Shown in pieces: positions 12,458 to 25,500 of a stretch of 64,000 bases of DNA (the stretch's first letter is position 1; the number at the start of each line of letters is the position of its first letter). The notes under the pieces were generated by a model, which saw only the letters and a program-made list of their open reading frames with translations, was not told the DNA's origin and searched no databases. Source of the DNA: Geosiphon pyriformis uo1 (Eukaryota > Fungi > Glomeromycota); assembly GCA_016748015.1 (NCBI GenBank), contig JAAOMT010000295.1, forward strand, positions 310,001 through 374,000, given 5' to 3'. Made by a program: the position numbers and the translations under genes.

Positions 12458-14688
12458 TATTACTAACCAAAATTTAAGATATTATTTAGCATAAAATTAT
12501 TCTTATAATTTTTATTATTAATTAGCATATATTATTGTTTCAAATTATTACTTATTATCTTATTAAATTATCTAAATTATTATTTAATTAATAATCCAAT
12601 TTGTAAAAAACACAAATATAACCAAATTGTGATACTTAGATTATATAATATACTAAATTATATAACATTTAAAGTTTACTAAAATATTTAATAATTTACC
12701 AAAATAATCTATAGTTTACAAAAATAACTTGTAATTTAACAAAATATATCTTTAATTTACTGAAATATTAGCTAAATTATAAAATAATATTATAATAAGT
12801 TATATAAAAACAAAGCTTTTTTTTTCGAAAAAATATATCTTAATTAGTATTTTCTACTAAATATTCTAGTTAAAATTATCTTTTTTACAAATTAATTCTA
12901 ATAAAACTTATTTTAAAAAACATAAAAATTTTTAATTATTCTGTTTGAAATTAACCATTTTTACTAATATTTTGAAATTAATTAACTACTAATTTTAATA
13001 ATTATTAACTTTTAAGTCTAAATTTAAAATGACTTTTTTAATATGTGTTTTTTTTTTTTATATTATTAGATAATTTACAGTTGAGATTTTCTGTAAAAAA
13101 ATTGATTTTTACAGCAAAATAATTACACATATTTTGAAAAACTTATAAGCAAAATTTTTTTGTAAAAGAGTTGACTTTTACTGCAAAATAATTATACAAA
13201 TAATTAGCACAAAATTGGCTATTTTATCATAAGCCCAATAATATATACAGTTTAAAATATAGAAAGATATTTTAAAAGAAAATTAGCTTATTAAAAATTT
13301 ATTAACTTTTATTAACAGCAAAATAGCATTAACAATATTAAAAAAAAGATAAAAAAATCTTTGGTAATATTTAATGCTTTCTCAAAAATAACACAATAAT
13401 AACTAAATTAAAGTAGTGATTATATTAAATATAACAACTCCAAAATATTATCAGTTGATTTATATTTACTTCAAACAATAATTTGGAATCTGAAATAAAA
13501 TTATAGCTTTTAAGAAAACACTTTTTTAATATATTTTAAACCAGATCAATAATTATTTTTTTGGAAATTACAACATTTTTGAAATCAAACAAAATCTTTT
13601 TAAAAATTTAATTCATTATTTAAATACAGATTTAAATACTATTAGTATAAATACTTATACTATTTATTTTAAAAAACTTGATTATAATATTATTAAGTTT
13701 TGTAAAGAAAAATATTTTGCTAATTTACAATTTGTTTTTGAATCTAAAGCTAACAATAAAAGCAAAAAAAAATTTAATCTATTTACACAACTCTTAACAC
13801 TCTAAATACAGTCTTTTAATATTTGTAAACACCTAAATAAAAAACTAGTACCAAATTACTACTTTTAATTACACTTTTTTTAGTTTTATTTGTTTAAATA
13901 CAAATATCTAATTCACTTTTTAGCCAAATTTTAAGACCAAAAAACTTTACTAAAAGTCCAATTTAACAGTTAAAATTAATTTATACTAATATTAATCTTT
14001 TTAATTATTTAGCAAAAAACCAAAGCAAATATTCAGAAACATTAACTTATAAAAAAAACACTTATAAATCTATTAAAAAAAAAACAAAAAAAACAAAAAA
14101 ACAGAAACCACAAATAATAAAGAAAATAAAAAAATAATAGCTGTTTATTGCAAAGATTTCTAACTTTTTTAGAAAAAACATTAAAACTAGTTTTTAAAAG
14201 TAATTTAATCAAGTTACCAAAACAGAAAATACAAACAAATAGACTGCCAAAAAAATATTACAAGTAATTTTTTATTTTTTTAAAAGAACTATAAATAAAT
14301 AATTTGAAAACTGGCTATCTCTTTTGTTAATTAACAAGCTTTTAAGACTGCTTTTTTTAAATAGTTTACCAACAACAATACTTCAATTATTTTTCAAAAC
14401 CATTTTTGAAATATTAAGCAAAAACTATTTAAATCTGTCATAATTTATATTGAAAAGTTTGTTTAAACTTTTCAGAAAAATTTGACAATTAAAAACTAAT
14501 GTTTAATATTTTAATATCTAAGTTTTGGATCAATTTATTTTTGGTTTAAAGAATAAATTAATCAAGAAAGTTTGCTTATATGTTTAACAAATTTAATTAC
14601 TGCTATTTAACATGTTAAAAACTACAAAATAACTATAAAAAAAACAAATTACACCAAACTTGTCAACTTAATAATTGGAAAAACCAGT
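12458..14688 (+). mobile_element. Ghost LTR retrotransposon, family C: 5' LTR 12458-13369, degraded PBS, gag; 3'-truncated
   Basis: Reverse-complement homology to 23800-26075: LTR start; GTAATA TTTAATGCTTTCTCA as a mutated GTAACA TTTGGTGCTCTCTCA; remnants of TTTLEYYQSIY and KLVNLAIGETS. Confidence 0.82.
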
Positions 14689-17600
14689 ATTATGTGTGCA
14701 TTTAAGCATAATATCTTCATCATTATTATTGAACTATTTAAGTTTTTGCTCTTTGAACAGATTAAGGAATGCAATATATTGTTTTGAATTTAAATCAGAG
14801 TTTGAATTATTGTCATTATTATTGCTATTTTGAATCATTATTTTTATTGTTATCATTGTTAAAGTCTGAATCAGAATTGAACTGTGATTTTGATTTCACT
14901 TTGCAGCTGCTGATTGGTTTTTTTTCCTCTAGAATCATGTAGATTATGTGTGATGTTGGATTGTAAATAAAATTACACTTATTACAATATTAGAAGTTAC
15001 ATAAAATCAAACAGTGATCACATAATTGAGTGTTTAGTTGTTCTAAACTTTGCTTTTGTTTTTCTCTAATGGGTGCTAGATTTTGGTAGTGTTTATGAAA
15101 TTCTTCTGGACTTGCTTTAATATCTAAAAATGCTTCTGGATTGGAAATGAGAATGACTTCAACTGGTTCTGGTGGGTTGTTCTTTATTTCTAAGATTTCA
15201 CTGGATAAAGCATCTTTGACTTTAACATTTGCCATTCTCCAGATTTTATTCTCATTATGTAAATAACCATTCAAGCAAGAAATTGCTCAGTGCCATGCAG
15301 CATTTATGGATGTTTTATGACTCATCCAGTTGCTAATAAGAATTATGTATTGACATAATATCTCGCATATTCTTTCTTGACCAAAAATGTTATTCCACAT
15401 TTTTTTATTAAATAGCTGCTCTTCACAAGCAAGACATGGTTTGTTGTCTCACTTGTAGTGTTGCTTTGGGTAATCATACCATTTTCTGTGGCATAGTTTG
15501 CAATAATAGTGAGTTTGTGTCCAGTAGTCTTTATTGGGCATAATCTAAGCTTCCATAGAAGAAAGTTTCTTGTCACAATCTTGATATTTGAGTAAAATAT
15601 ATGGCAGTTACTTTAGTAACTTGTGTAAGTAGAATCTTTTCCAGTCACTAGTTATTTCTTCTGTAGTGGTGTTTTTTTCTGGTGCATTTTCTTCTTTTTC
15701 TTTATCTTTGTTATTCCAAGAAAGTATTGGTGATAACTTGTTGTGTTTGGTGTTAGCCCAGAAAACTTGGTAGGCTTTTCAGGTAGGTTTTTTCTTTTTT
15801 TCTTCGAGCTTAATTAGTGACATTGAGGTGTAAGTGGTTTTGAAATAACCACATATGGCTGGTATACATGTGTGTTATCTATTTTGACTGAGTTAGAGCT
15901 TCTATGTGGTCTAATTAAGTACCACATTAGTTTTAAACAACCAGTTATTGCCCACTAGTGCTTGATATTAAGTTGCTTTCATTACTAAGACTTTAATAGA
16001 AGCTATGATGCCATTGACTTTGAAAAAGAAATTATCAATTTTGTCTATAGAAGTTTTGGTTGCTCTATTGGCTGTAATGATTCTGGTACTGGCAGTATGA
16101 TCAACTCAGTGACCTAATTGGTCCATAAATTGTTGTGTGATGATGCTGCCTGCTAATCTGCTGTCAAAGATCAGTTTGATGGACTGATTATCAACTTTGG
16201 TATCTGTGTATATTGCAGTGATAAGCTTCACATTAAGGACAGTGTTACAAGTAAACTTGGTGGGATAAAAAAATGATAACATTTGGTGTTCTTAATTATT
16301 GGTAATGCATCTTTTGTATAATTCTGTTGGCTTAGTCTTGATTATTAGTCTCTGAAGGTCTTATTTACTGGTTGTAAATTTATCTGTTAAGTTTTTTGGT
16401 TGTAAGGCACAGAGGTTTGGTTTTTGCTGATTGCAACTTCTTTAAAAATATGAGTTATCTTTTCTGAACTAACGAGCACAGTTATTAGGGTCTGGCATTG
16501 TCTTTTTGCCTTTCTAGTAAGCTAACAAGATAATGTTAATATCCAAAACTTAGGGGGAGCCTCCCTCTTTTACCAGGTTATTACAAAGTCTATTCTTAGA
16601 CAGTCAATTTTTCTATATTGCTGCTCCACAAAAGAAAAATAAAAAATAAAATAAAATAAAAGAAAGTAAAAAAAAATAAAAATAAAAAAAAATAAAAAAA
16701 AAATATTTGTTCTGTCAATAGTCATAATTAAGAACTATTGTGTCAGCAGGTTAAGTAGTGGATAATAACATAAATTTGAAGAATTGAAGAGATATTTTAT
16801 TGATATAATTCTATTTTAGTTGATAGCAACTATCCTTGAAAGGAGGAGTATTTAATAATTATGATCTGCAAATTTAATTAATTCTAAGAGTTTAATTGAC
16901 TTTTAAAAGTCTAATTTTCTCTCTGGATGTCTTTCTAACTTTTACAGCTACTCATTTTTATATATTTTTTTTGTTCTACAGGATTGCTTTTGATTGCTTT
17001 ATTATTTCTGTTATTGCTTTGTTTTTTCTATATTATTGCTAATTATACTATGTTATAATACATTATTTGGTGTTATTACATGTTATTCTGTGTTATCTCA
17101 TGTTATAACACGTTATTCTATGTTATTCTAAGTTATAATGTATTATTCAATGTTATTGCACACTATTCTGTATTATCATATTTTGGTCATGTTTCTTTAT
17201 AACTTTGGATCGGTTTTTCTACTTAGATAACAGCAGCTCTACTAAAAAGAGGTACTTCAGTTGGTTTCTTGATCTTGAAGGGAAAAATTGCTGCTAATAA
17301 TTCATCATTGGTAATGATTACTGGTGGAATGTTGTTGGTAAGTGGTTTTAGGTTGATTTCTAAGTTGTTGGGTGAGGCTTCTTTTGGGGTAATCAGAAGA
17401 CTTAAATAATTCTAGGAACTTGGGTTTTGGACATACCTAGTTTCTGAGTTTCTTAGACATAATTTTGAGAATTGTTGAAATATGCTAGGGATTAGTTAAT
17501 AAACAACTATTATTGATCTTTAGTTTTGCTAAATGGTTCTTGGTCTTTGATTTCCATTGAACACAGTCATTTGTGACAGTATTTAAATGAATTAAAATTG

Positions 17601-20411
17601 ATAAATCAGTTGTGGCTGTGGTGGTTAATATATTACAGATATTGCCAGTTGATATATTGGAGGTATGTATTTTGGTTGTTGCATTATTTGGGTGTAATTA
17701 GGTTAAGACTAATCTTGATTTGAGTAATAATTCAGAGTTTGAAATCTGTGATCAGAGTTTTGATATTAATTTCTCAATTATAAGTTATTGTTATAAACTT
17801 GGCAGCTAGCTTTAACATGATTTTGTTTATCACAATTATAGCAAATATGCATCTCTGATTGCCATGATTGATTGATCAATAATGATGAACATGTCTGATT
17901 TTAGAAACAATTTGAGTTTTCTGAATTATTATGTCATTGTAGAGGTTGATAGATTGTCTGATTGTTAACTAAATATCTCTTTAATTTCTGATTGATTAAA
18001 TTACTGAACTGCTTCAATTTGGAATTTAAGTTAGATAATCTATTTATTACTAGATTTACAGCTTGGGTATGGTTGGCTTTTAATTCAGCTATTTCAAAAT
18101 CTCAGACATAAATAACTGCTACTTGAAGATCTGCAGAGTGTAATAGACATATATATTGAAAAATGCTACTGTGCAGATCTCTGATAAATTGATTTAAAAT
18201 TTGTGGTGCTGTAAAATAATCAGCTTGTATTGCCTGAATTTGGTGTAGATTTTTGTGGAAGCATTCTAAGTAAGTAGTAACTGCTTCAGTTTCTTCTTGC
18301 TTAATGATAGTAAAGATATTGACTAGACAATTAATACTATTATTGTTGCTGAAATATTGTAGAAACTCAAGCTTAAATGTGTTGAAATCCTGAAGTTTGT
18401 TGGTCAAGCTTTGATATCATAAGTTGGCAGTATCCTAAAGAAAGTATGGAATGGCTTGTATGGCTTTGACATCATTTTATTTATTGGCTGTGATGGCTTT
18501 TTTGACATTGTTTAGCCATATCTAAGCATCCTTTTCTTTACTGGTAAATTTTTTGATTTTTGCGATTGGAGCATATACCATTGGAGCTATGAGTGGTGGC
18601 TATTGTGGTTGTGATAATTGTTGAAGTGGCTGTTGTGATTGTTGCTAAGGTGATACTTGTGGCTGTTAAATTGGTTCAGCAATCAAATTAATTGGTGGCT
18701 GATTGATAATAATTATTGGAGGTAAGTTTTGTTGATTATTAATGTTAGGGTTTGGATTGTTCTAATTTTGTGGAGTTTGAATATTCAAAGTTTTAATTTC
18801 TAGATTTTCCAAAATTGGGTTTTGGTAGTTAAATTTTTGATCTTTATCATCATTTTCTTCTGATTCCATTACTTCCCAAAGACTTGTGGTTCCAAAATCT
18901 GGTTGAGGTGGTGGTAATTAAAATCCTAATGGCATTGGTAATTGTGATTTAAATTCCTCAAAATAATTGTTGTAGGTCTCTAATAATTCTGCTTTTTTTT
19001 TGTTTACTTTAAAATGAAAGTTGAACTAACAATGGTTTTACATTTAAGGTGGACACATCTGATAATAAAATGTTAATAGCACTTCTGGATATATAGTAAT
19101 ATGATGGGTTGATTGGAAATTCTACTCTTGTTTTTTTCCAAGTAGATGGTTGTATTTTTTGAAGTGTTACTGCTGGTGTTTGTAGTTTTCCTTTGCCTTT
19201 GTTTGTGTAATTGGGTATTTTTTTTGAGTGTGATGTTCAATTTCTCTATTAATTTCAGTGAGAATTGTTGTAAAATTATGATTTGCTGGTAGACTGGTAT
19301 TTTGAATTAATTTGTTGTAAAAATTTCCTCTTGTGAAGTCAGTTTTTACTAGTACTCCTAGCAAATATGAGATTTTTTTGTTAATGTAAAAATTGAAAGC
19401 TGATTCTGTTGATAGGTGATTGTTGGTTAATCCCAAGTGTTAACATTAATATTGGAATAAGAATTTGGTAAATCCTAAATGGTTTGTTCCTATTTTTTCT
19501 GATTCTGCCACTTTTAAATAGTTGTGTGTTATTGCTGGTTCTTTGTAGAATTAGATCTTACAGAGAGCACTAAATGTTACAGGTAATTATTTGGGGTCTT
19601 GAATCAAATAACAAACTCATAACTTGGTGCTTAATTGATAATATAGTGATGTTGGTATCTAAAAGTTTTGATTGTCTGAAGATTTTGATTGAGTTCTTTG
19701 TATAATAGACAGAGATTCAATAGTTGTTTTCAGTAGTCTCTCAGAATTGCAATTCTATTAATTTTTTTCTTGGCTTAGTGGCTGACAATCTTCTGGTAAG
19801 CAATTCATATTTCTTACATGTTTTACCCACTTGCAGAGGTCTTTTACCAAGCAATTTTTGACATCAATACCTCAGTGCTTTATTTTTTAATCAATTAATC
19901 AACAACAAGAAATAACAAAAATAAACAAAAAATAAATAAATAAAAGAAAAGAAAAAATTAAGCTAAGACAATGAATGTTAGTATCCTGTCAATAGCCGTG
20001 ATCAAGAGCTATTGTTCCAGTGTAATTAAATATCAGTTACTATCAACATGAAGTGTTGATAGTGGAGAGTAGATTGAGATAACAAATAATTATTTATTGA
20101 TATTTGTGAATTAGAATGTTGCTTAGATAAAATCTTAATGGAAAGATCTGTCTTTTTTATTTTTAATATTACTGCTATATATACATAATTAAGATTCTTC
20201 AATTTCTCAATTCTTTACCTTAGGAATTCTAGAATTCTTAGAATCCTGCAATTCTTTTAAGAGGAATCCTGCAATTCTTTGTATAAGAATCCTAAAATTT
20301 TTGAAATCCTGCAATTCTTTTGAGAAAAATCCTGAAATTCCATATTTACTATGACTACTTCTGATTGGCTAATTTATATGCTAATATACTTCTTGTATTC
20401 TATAAGTAATA
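14689..20411 (-). mobile_element. Ty3/gypsy-like LTR element A: 5' LTR 19575-20411, PBS, gag with CCHC, aspartic protease, Cys-rich extra region; no RT, integrase or 3' LTR
   Basis: LTR homology; PBS at ~19556-19572. Gag FKLEFLQYFSNNN...QILNQFIRDL; knuckle ICYNCDKQNHVKASC near 17800-17850; protease IKLIFDSRLAGSII near 16140-16190. Confidence 0.88.
16243..17232 (-). mobile_element. Solo LTR (family D), 990 bp, inserted just upstream of the protease of element A
   Basis: TGTTAC...ATAACA ends; TSD ACAG (16239-16242)/GCAG (17233-17236). Host frame PLFSRA|VLNVKLITAIYTD rejoins. Shares the hairpin core with family A. Has its own ~10-bp TGTTAT-based tandem array at ~17050-17170. Confidence 0.88.
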
Positions 20412-20812
20412 GTGATTAAGTATTAGATTCTATTAACATAGAGTGTTAATAGTATGGAAGTAATTAATATTTTTAATTAAGTAATAATAATATAAGTTTG
20501 ATGATAATTAGATATTTTTATTAATATTAATGTAATTTTATTTTAAGTTATAAAAAACTATTTTTTGAAGAAAAGAGTAGAATAAGTAATTACTATTAAC
20601 TACTGTTCTGTCTAAGTCAAATACTTCTTCTGTTTTTAATACTCTTATTATATATATATAATTTATATTATACAAAATTCCTTAAGAGAAATTCTGTAAT
20701 TCTGGAATCTTGCAATTCCCTAAAAAAAATTTTAAAATTCTTTTTTTTATTACACTTATTTTTAATTGGCTATTTTATTTATTGTTATAATTCCTAATTT
20801 CTATGAGTAACA
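20412..20812 (-). mobile_element. Partial LTR of a related family (U3 side), into which element A inserted
   Basis: Starts mid-LTR (gtgattaagtat...), carries TATA-like and AATTCCTG repeats, ends CTATGAGTAACA. Confidence 0.75.
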
Positions 20813-20963
20813 ATAGTTTATTGTTTTTATTAAGTTAAACTATATATATATATTTTTTTAATTTTACAAAATAAATTTTAAAAACTTAATATTTTTTATT
20901 ATTTTGTTATTATTGGTTATTTTATGCTATTTTATATTATTTTTAATTAAAAATATTGTCAAA

Positions 20964-22522
20964 AAAACTTTTTTTTTTATGTCCCAAATTCTTCAAAGAA
21001 CATAATTTTAATAAAGAAGTTTTTTATTTTTTCTTGTTGTCTTTATCAATATTTTTTACTTTAATAACTCCTTTGTTGTAAACTTGGAAGCTATTTTAGA
21101 TAGTAATATGTTTAAAAAAAAGCATCTAAAAAAGCTTTTCATGGTCTTATTAGTGGTTTTTTCTCTTAAAAAAAGAAAGTTTTTTTTGATAACATTAAAC
21201 ACTTTAATAATAAATAAGACATCTTTTTAATCAAGTCTGGTTCTGGTAATAGTATGTTTTCAAATATAGATGGTAATTCTAATGATAATAAACATAATAA
21301 ATATGTATTTAGTATTAGTAATGATTTTTTTTTTGGCTTAGCTGCTACTATTTTCAAAACTAAAAAAGTGGCTTCTACTATGGTTTTTGGTTTTTTTTTA
21401 GTTCTCTCAATTTTAATATGAATAAAAAAATTGAATTTCTCTTATTTTTTCTTAGTTTCTTTTTGAACAGAAAATAGATTGATTCTGAGATTATTAAAAC
21501 TTAGATAGAAGTATCTATCAAAAAATTTTTTACTTTGAATATTAATTTTTTGGCTGTAGAAAACAAGTCAACAATGGCAAAAACTCAGATAATCAGAAAA
21601 CTATTTTTAATAATTAATAGTTTTGGAAGGGCTATTATTCCCTTAAAATTTGAAAAAATCATTTAATTAACATTTATATCTGATAAAAGTTTAAAAAAAA
21701 CTGTATTATTGGCTAAAAATAAGAGAATTATTGTAAACAACAATGTTAAAAACAAAAAATTTGTTTAGATTAGGCTGTTATTATTAAGAAAATTTTCATA
21801 AATACACCAAAAAAAATAATTATTACAGCTCTTTCCAAGTTTGGTTAAGTAATATTAATCTAATTACAATTAATTAAAATATGGCAGAAGGCTGTAGTAA
21901 AATTTGCCAATTAAATTAGGCTAATTAATTGACAGCAAAGTAGTTATTTTTTATTAGAAAAAATTCAGTGCATATGGCAAAGGCTGTAAGAAATTATAAA
22001 GTCTGGATGTTAAAAGATCAGTTTAGAATGTTTCTGTTTATTTTGTTTGTAAAAACAACTGTTTATAATTTTGGTGTTCTATTAGAAAAGACTGGTGAGA
22101 AAACTTGTATCATAAACTATTTATTTGATATTAGTAATAGAGTTTGCTGTATAGTAGTTGGCTTTAAATTAGAAAAAAAATTGGAATTAACTTTTTGCAC
22201 AGAATTTATTCTGAATAGTGTTAAGCTTTTTTAGACTAAAATGAATCTGGTTTGTTGTAAAAGATACAGACATTTCAAATATTCAGTTTTAAAGTGTAAT
22301 GCATTAGGTGTTTGTGTTTTGCTCTTTAAGAAAACATATAAAAAGATTGTTTTAAAAGAAAATTGTCTTTAATTAACTAGATTGTATGTTAAAAAAAGTG
22401 TTTTTATTTTTTATCTTGCTGCCTTTGGTAGCAAATTTTAGGTGCAGGTGGTTTTACTAACTGTTTCATTTGATAATATTTGCTCTGATTTTGGCTCTGG
22501 ATCTCCTCTTTCTAATACATCT
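20964..22522 (+). mobile_element. LINE copy 3: 5' UTR and ORF1 fragment (different ORF1 N-terminus), 3'-truncated
   Basis: Shared 5' end aaaactt...tcccaaatt. ORF 21968-22234 and flanks align to ORF1 of copies 1 and 2. Confidence 0.85.
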
Positions 22523-25500
22523 TTGGTTCAGGCTTTGAGTAAGGGATATTTCATTCAGGGGTTTCAGGTTCAGAGTGTGGAATAAAATGTTCTTGTTCAG
22601 TTTTCTCAGCCCAATTAAACGTTGATCCAAGAGCCATGAATGTTTTGATTATTGGTTTTTCTTTTTCTGGTTTAAATTCAAAAGCCAGGGCTTTTTCGGA
22701 GTGTTTGTTGAATGTACCACAAGTGGCAAGTACTCGGGCATGTTGTCCTTGGTAAGAGATTTGTAGTTCTTGGGTTTCCCAGTCTAATTTCACATTGGTT
22801 TTTTAAAGCCAGTCATTTCCGACAAGAGCTTGATACTAAAGAGTGTCCATTACAAAAACTTTGACTGGAATGGTGATTTCATCAAGAGTGAATAGAAAAT
22901 TGTCAATTTCTCCTACTGGAGTCTTTTTCATGCTATCAGCAGTGACAATTACTGTTTGAGCTAGTCAGTCAACATTTCTCTTTAACTGTTGCATCAACTG
23001 GTAAGTAATAATACTTCCAGCAGATCCACTGTCTAGGATTAAGCGAATTGTCTTTCTTTTAACTTCAGCTTCAGTATACATAGCTGTGATTGCTTTCTGT
23101 TTATTTGTGGCTGCATTGCTAAGCAGGAATGGTGACTCATTTACTTCGAACTCAAAAGGGAATATATCTGAAAGGTTGGCATTTTCAGCAATTCTGGCTG
23201 GTGGGATTGTGGTAACAGTATAGGAAGAGTTTTGTTGTTGTGCTGCAGCTCTATCTTCTAAGAGTGCAGTATGGCAAAAATTCTGTTCTTCTGGCATCAT
23301 AAGATAACTAGGTTGAGTATAATAGTGGCTGGGTTTTGGTTGAGCTGAATTTTGGGGAACCAATTGGTTGTTCGAATTGATTCTATTGTTGTTTACTTGG
23401 TATTAGTTTTGTGGTGTAAACTGATTTTGCAGAATCAATCTTCGAGCAGGCACTTAATAATGTTGTGTGAGTGGTTGTTGGTATTGCTGTTGGATTGGCT
23501 GTGAGGCAGGCTGATAATAGTTACTTTGGTATTGGGGTCTTGGTAGATAGTAAGCTGGTAGTAGTAGTTGATAATAAAATTGCTGTGGTGGAAAGTAACG
23601 TTAATTACTCCTATTTTGTTAGTTTCATTGTAGCTTTCTGCAATCTCTTTTCCAGTGGCCAGGAATTCCACAATAATGGCAATTCTGAGGCTGGTTATTA
23701 GAAAGTAATGTGAAGTTATTTTGATTTTGTCTTTGGTGTGGTTAATATCTTTGGGGTTGCTGTTGTTGTTGTTGGTTGGTAAAGTAGTTTTCAACTTTTT
23801 TGGTTAATTGGTTAATCTTCAGCTACTGAGCTGGTTTCTCCAATAGCCAGGTTAACAAGTTTGGTACAGTTGGCTTCTTTCATGGCCATTTCATAGTTTT
23901 TTGCCTGTTGAATAGCAGTGGCTAAATCTTCTGGTGCATGTGAGTGAACTTTCTTAATAAGTTTGTCTTTTAGTCCAGCAATAAATTGATCCAAAATTTG
24001 TGCATTGGAGTAGTATTCATTGGTTTTCAATTGCTGAATCCTTTTAAGCAGTTTGTTGAATTTCTCAAGGTAAGTTATAACAGATTCACTTGGTTCTTGC
24101 TTGATATTTCAGAACCAATTTCAAAGAGTGATAAAAGTGTTATTGTCAGTGAACTGTTCTAGAAAAGCAGTTTTGAATGCTTCCCAGTGTTCTAATGGGA
24201 CTTCTAAGTTTTCAAACCATTCACCAGCCATTCCTTGTAAGAAGTATAGAATTGCTTTTAACATTCTGGCAGCATTCCAACCATTTGCATCTCCTGCTTT
24301 TGAGACTTTGTCAAGCCATTCTTGAGAACTGGTTTCGCTGTCTTTTCCTGTGAACTCAGGAATTTTTGCGATATATGTGAAGGCCATTTCTTCTTTGTTT
24401 TCTGAGTCTTCTGTTTTTTGTTCTGATTTGGTCTCTTCACTTCAATTTTCTGCTAAGTAGTCAATAAGGTTTGTGCTAGTTAATATTAGTTCCTGTTGCT
24501 AAATAGGGCTTTTGGGTGACTGAAAATCTTCTATTCTTGAAAACTGAATAAGTGATGAGCTTGGTGTTTGTGGTTGAGCAAGTAAAGCTGGAAATAGTGT
24601 GATTAAGAGTGGTAATTTAAAGCTGGTTTCTTGTTCTGGAGTTTGTAAATGTTTGGTAGTGGTTTTAAGTGTATTGGGAGTAGTTCTGAGTTTTTGTTTC
24701 TTTTTTCCTTTTCCTTCTTTTGTTTTCAATTCAAAACTAAGAGAAAATTTCTGTTTTACTGGGTAATTCTCTTCATAATACTGAATGATATTGAAGTTGA
24801 GTTCTTGGAAATATGTTTCAAGTATTTGACTGTTAAAATCCTGAGTGTTTTGACAAGAGTGATGTACTAAGCTTTTATATAAGTTGTATCTAACTTCTAA
24901 AATGTTGTAGTCTCCAAAAAGATAATTGTTGATGCGATTTTCAATGTACTGGTAAAGTGTTTTCTTGAATGTTTCAATTCCATCTGGGATGTTAAATCTC
25001 TGCTTGCAGTGGGTGTAGATTGACTGATAATACTCTAGAGTTGTTGTATCTGATGTGGTCGCCATTTTGAAGTTGTTTTTGCTGTGTTGTTTCCATGAGA
25101 GAGCACCAAATGTTACTGGAAGTTTTTGGTCTCTTCTTAGCTCTTGTATATTTGTTGTAATGCTGTTAATTCATGATTATGAGAAGTGTTTGAACCTCCG
25201 ATAACTGAATTTATCTTCAAATTATTTCCTATAATTTGAACTGCTGGACTTATAAGTGAAATGGCCAATTCCATGCCAGTTGCTTTGTGTAGTTACATTG
25301 TAGTAAATGTCAACTCTTTTCCAGGAATTGCTTGTTTGGAAGCTCACTAAAAATGTGTAGTTACTCTGCTATGAAATTCAACTCTTCTACAGGAATCTCG
25401 TTTGTAGGCTACCCTAATAATTATAATAAGAAAATAAAAGAAATGTAAAAGAAATAGAATTCTGTCAAGGGAAACGTTTTCTATCCAGACCTGGAGTCAT

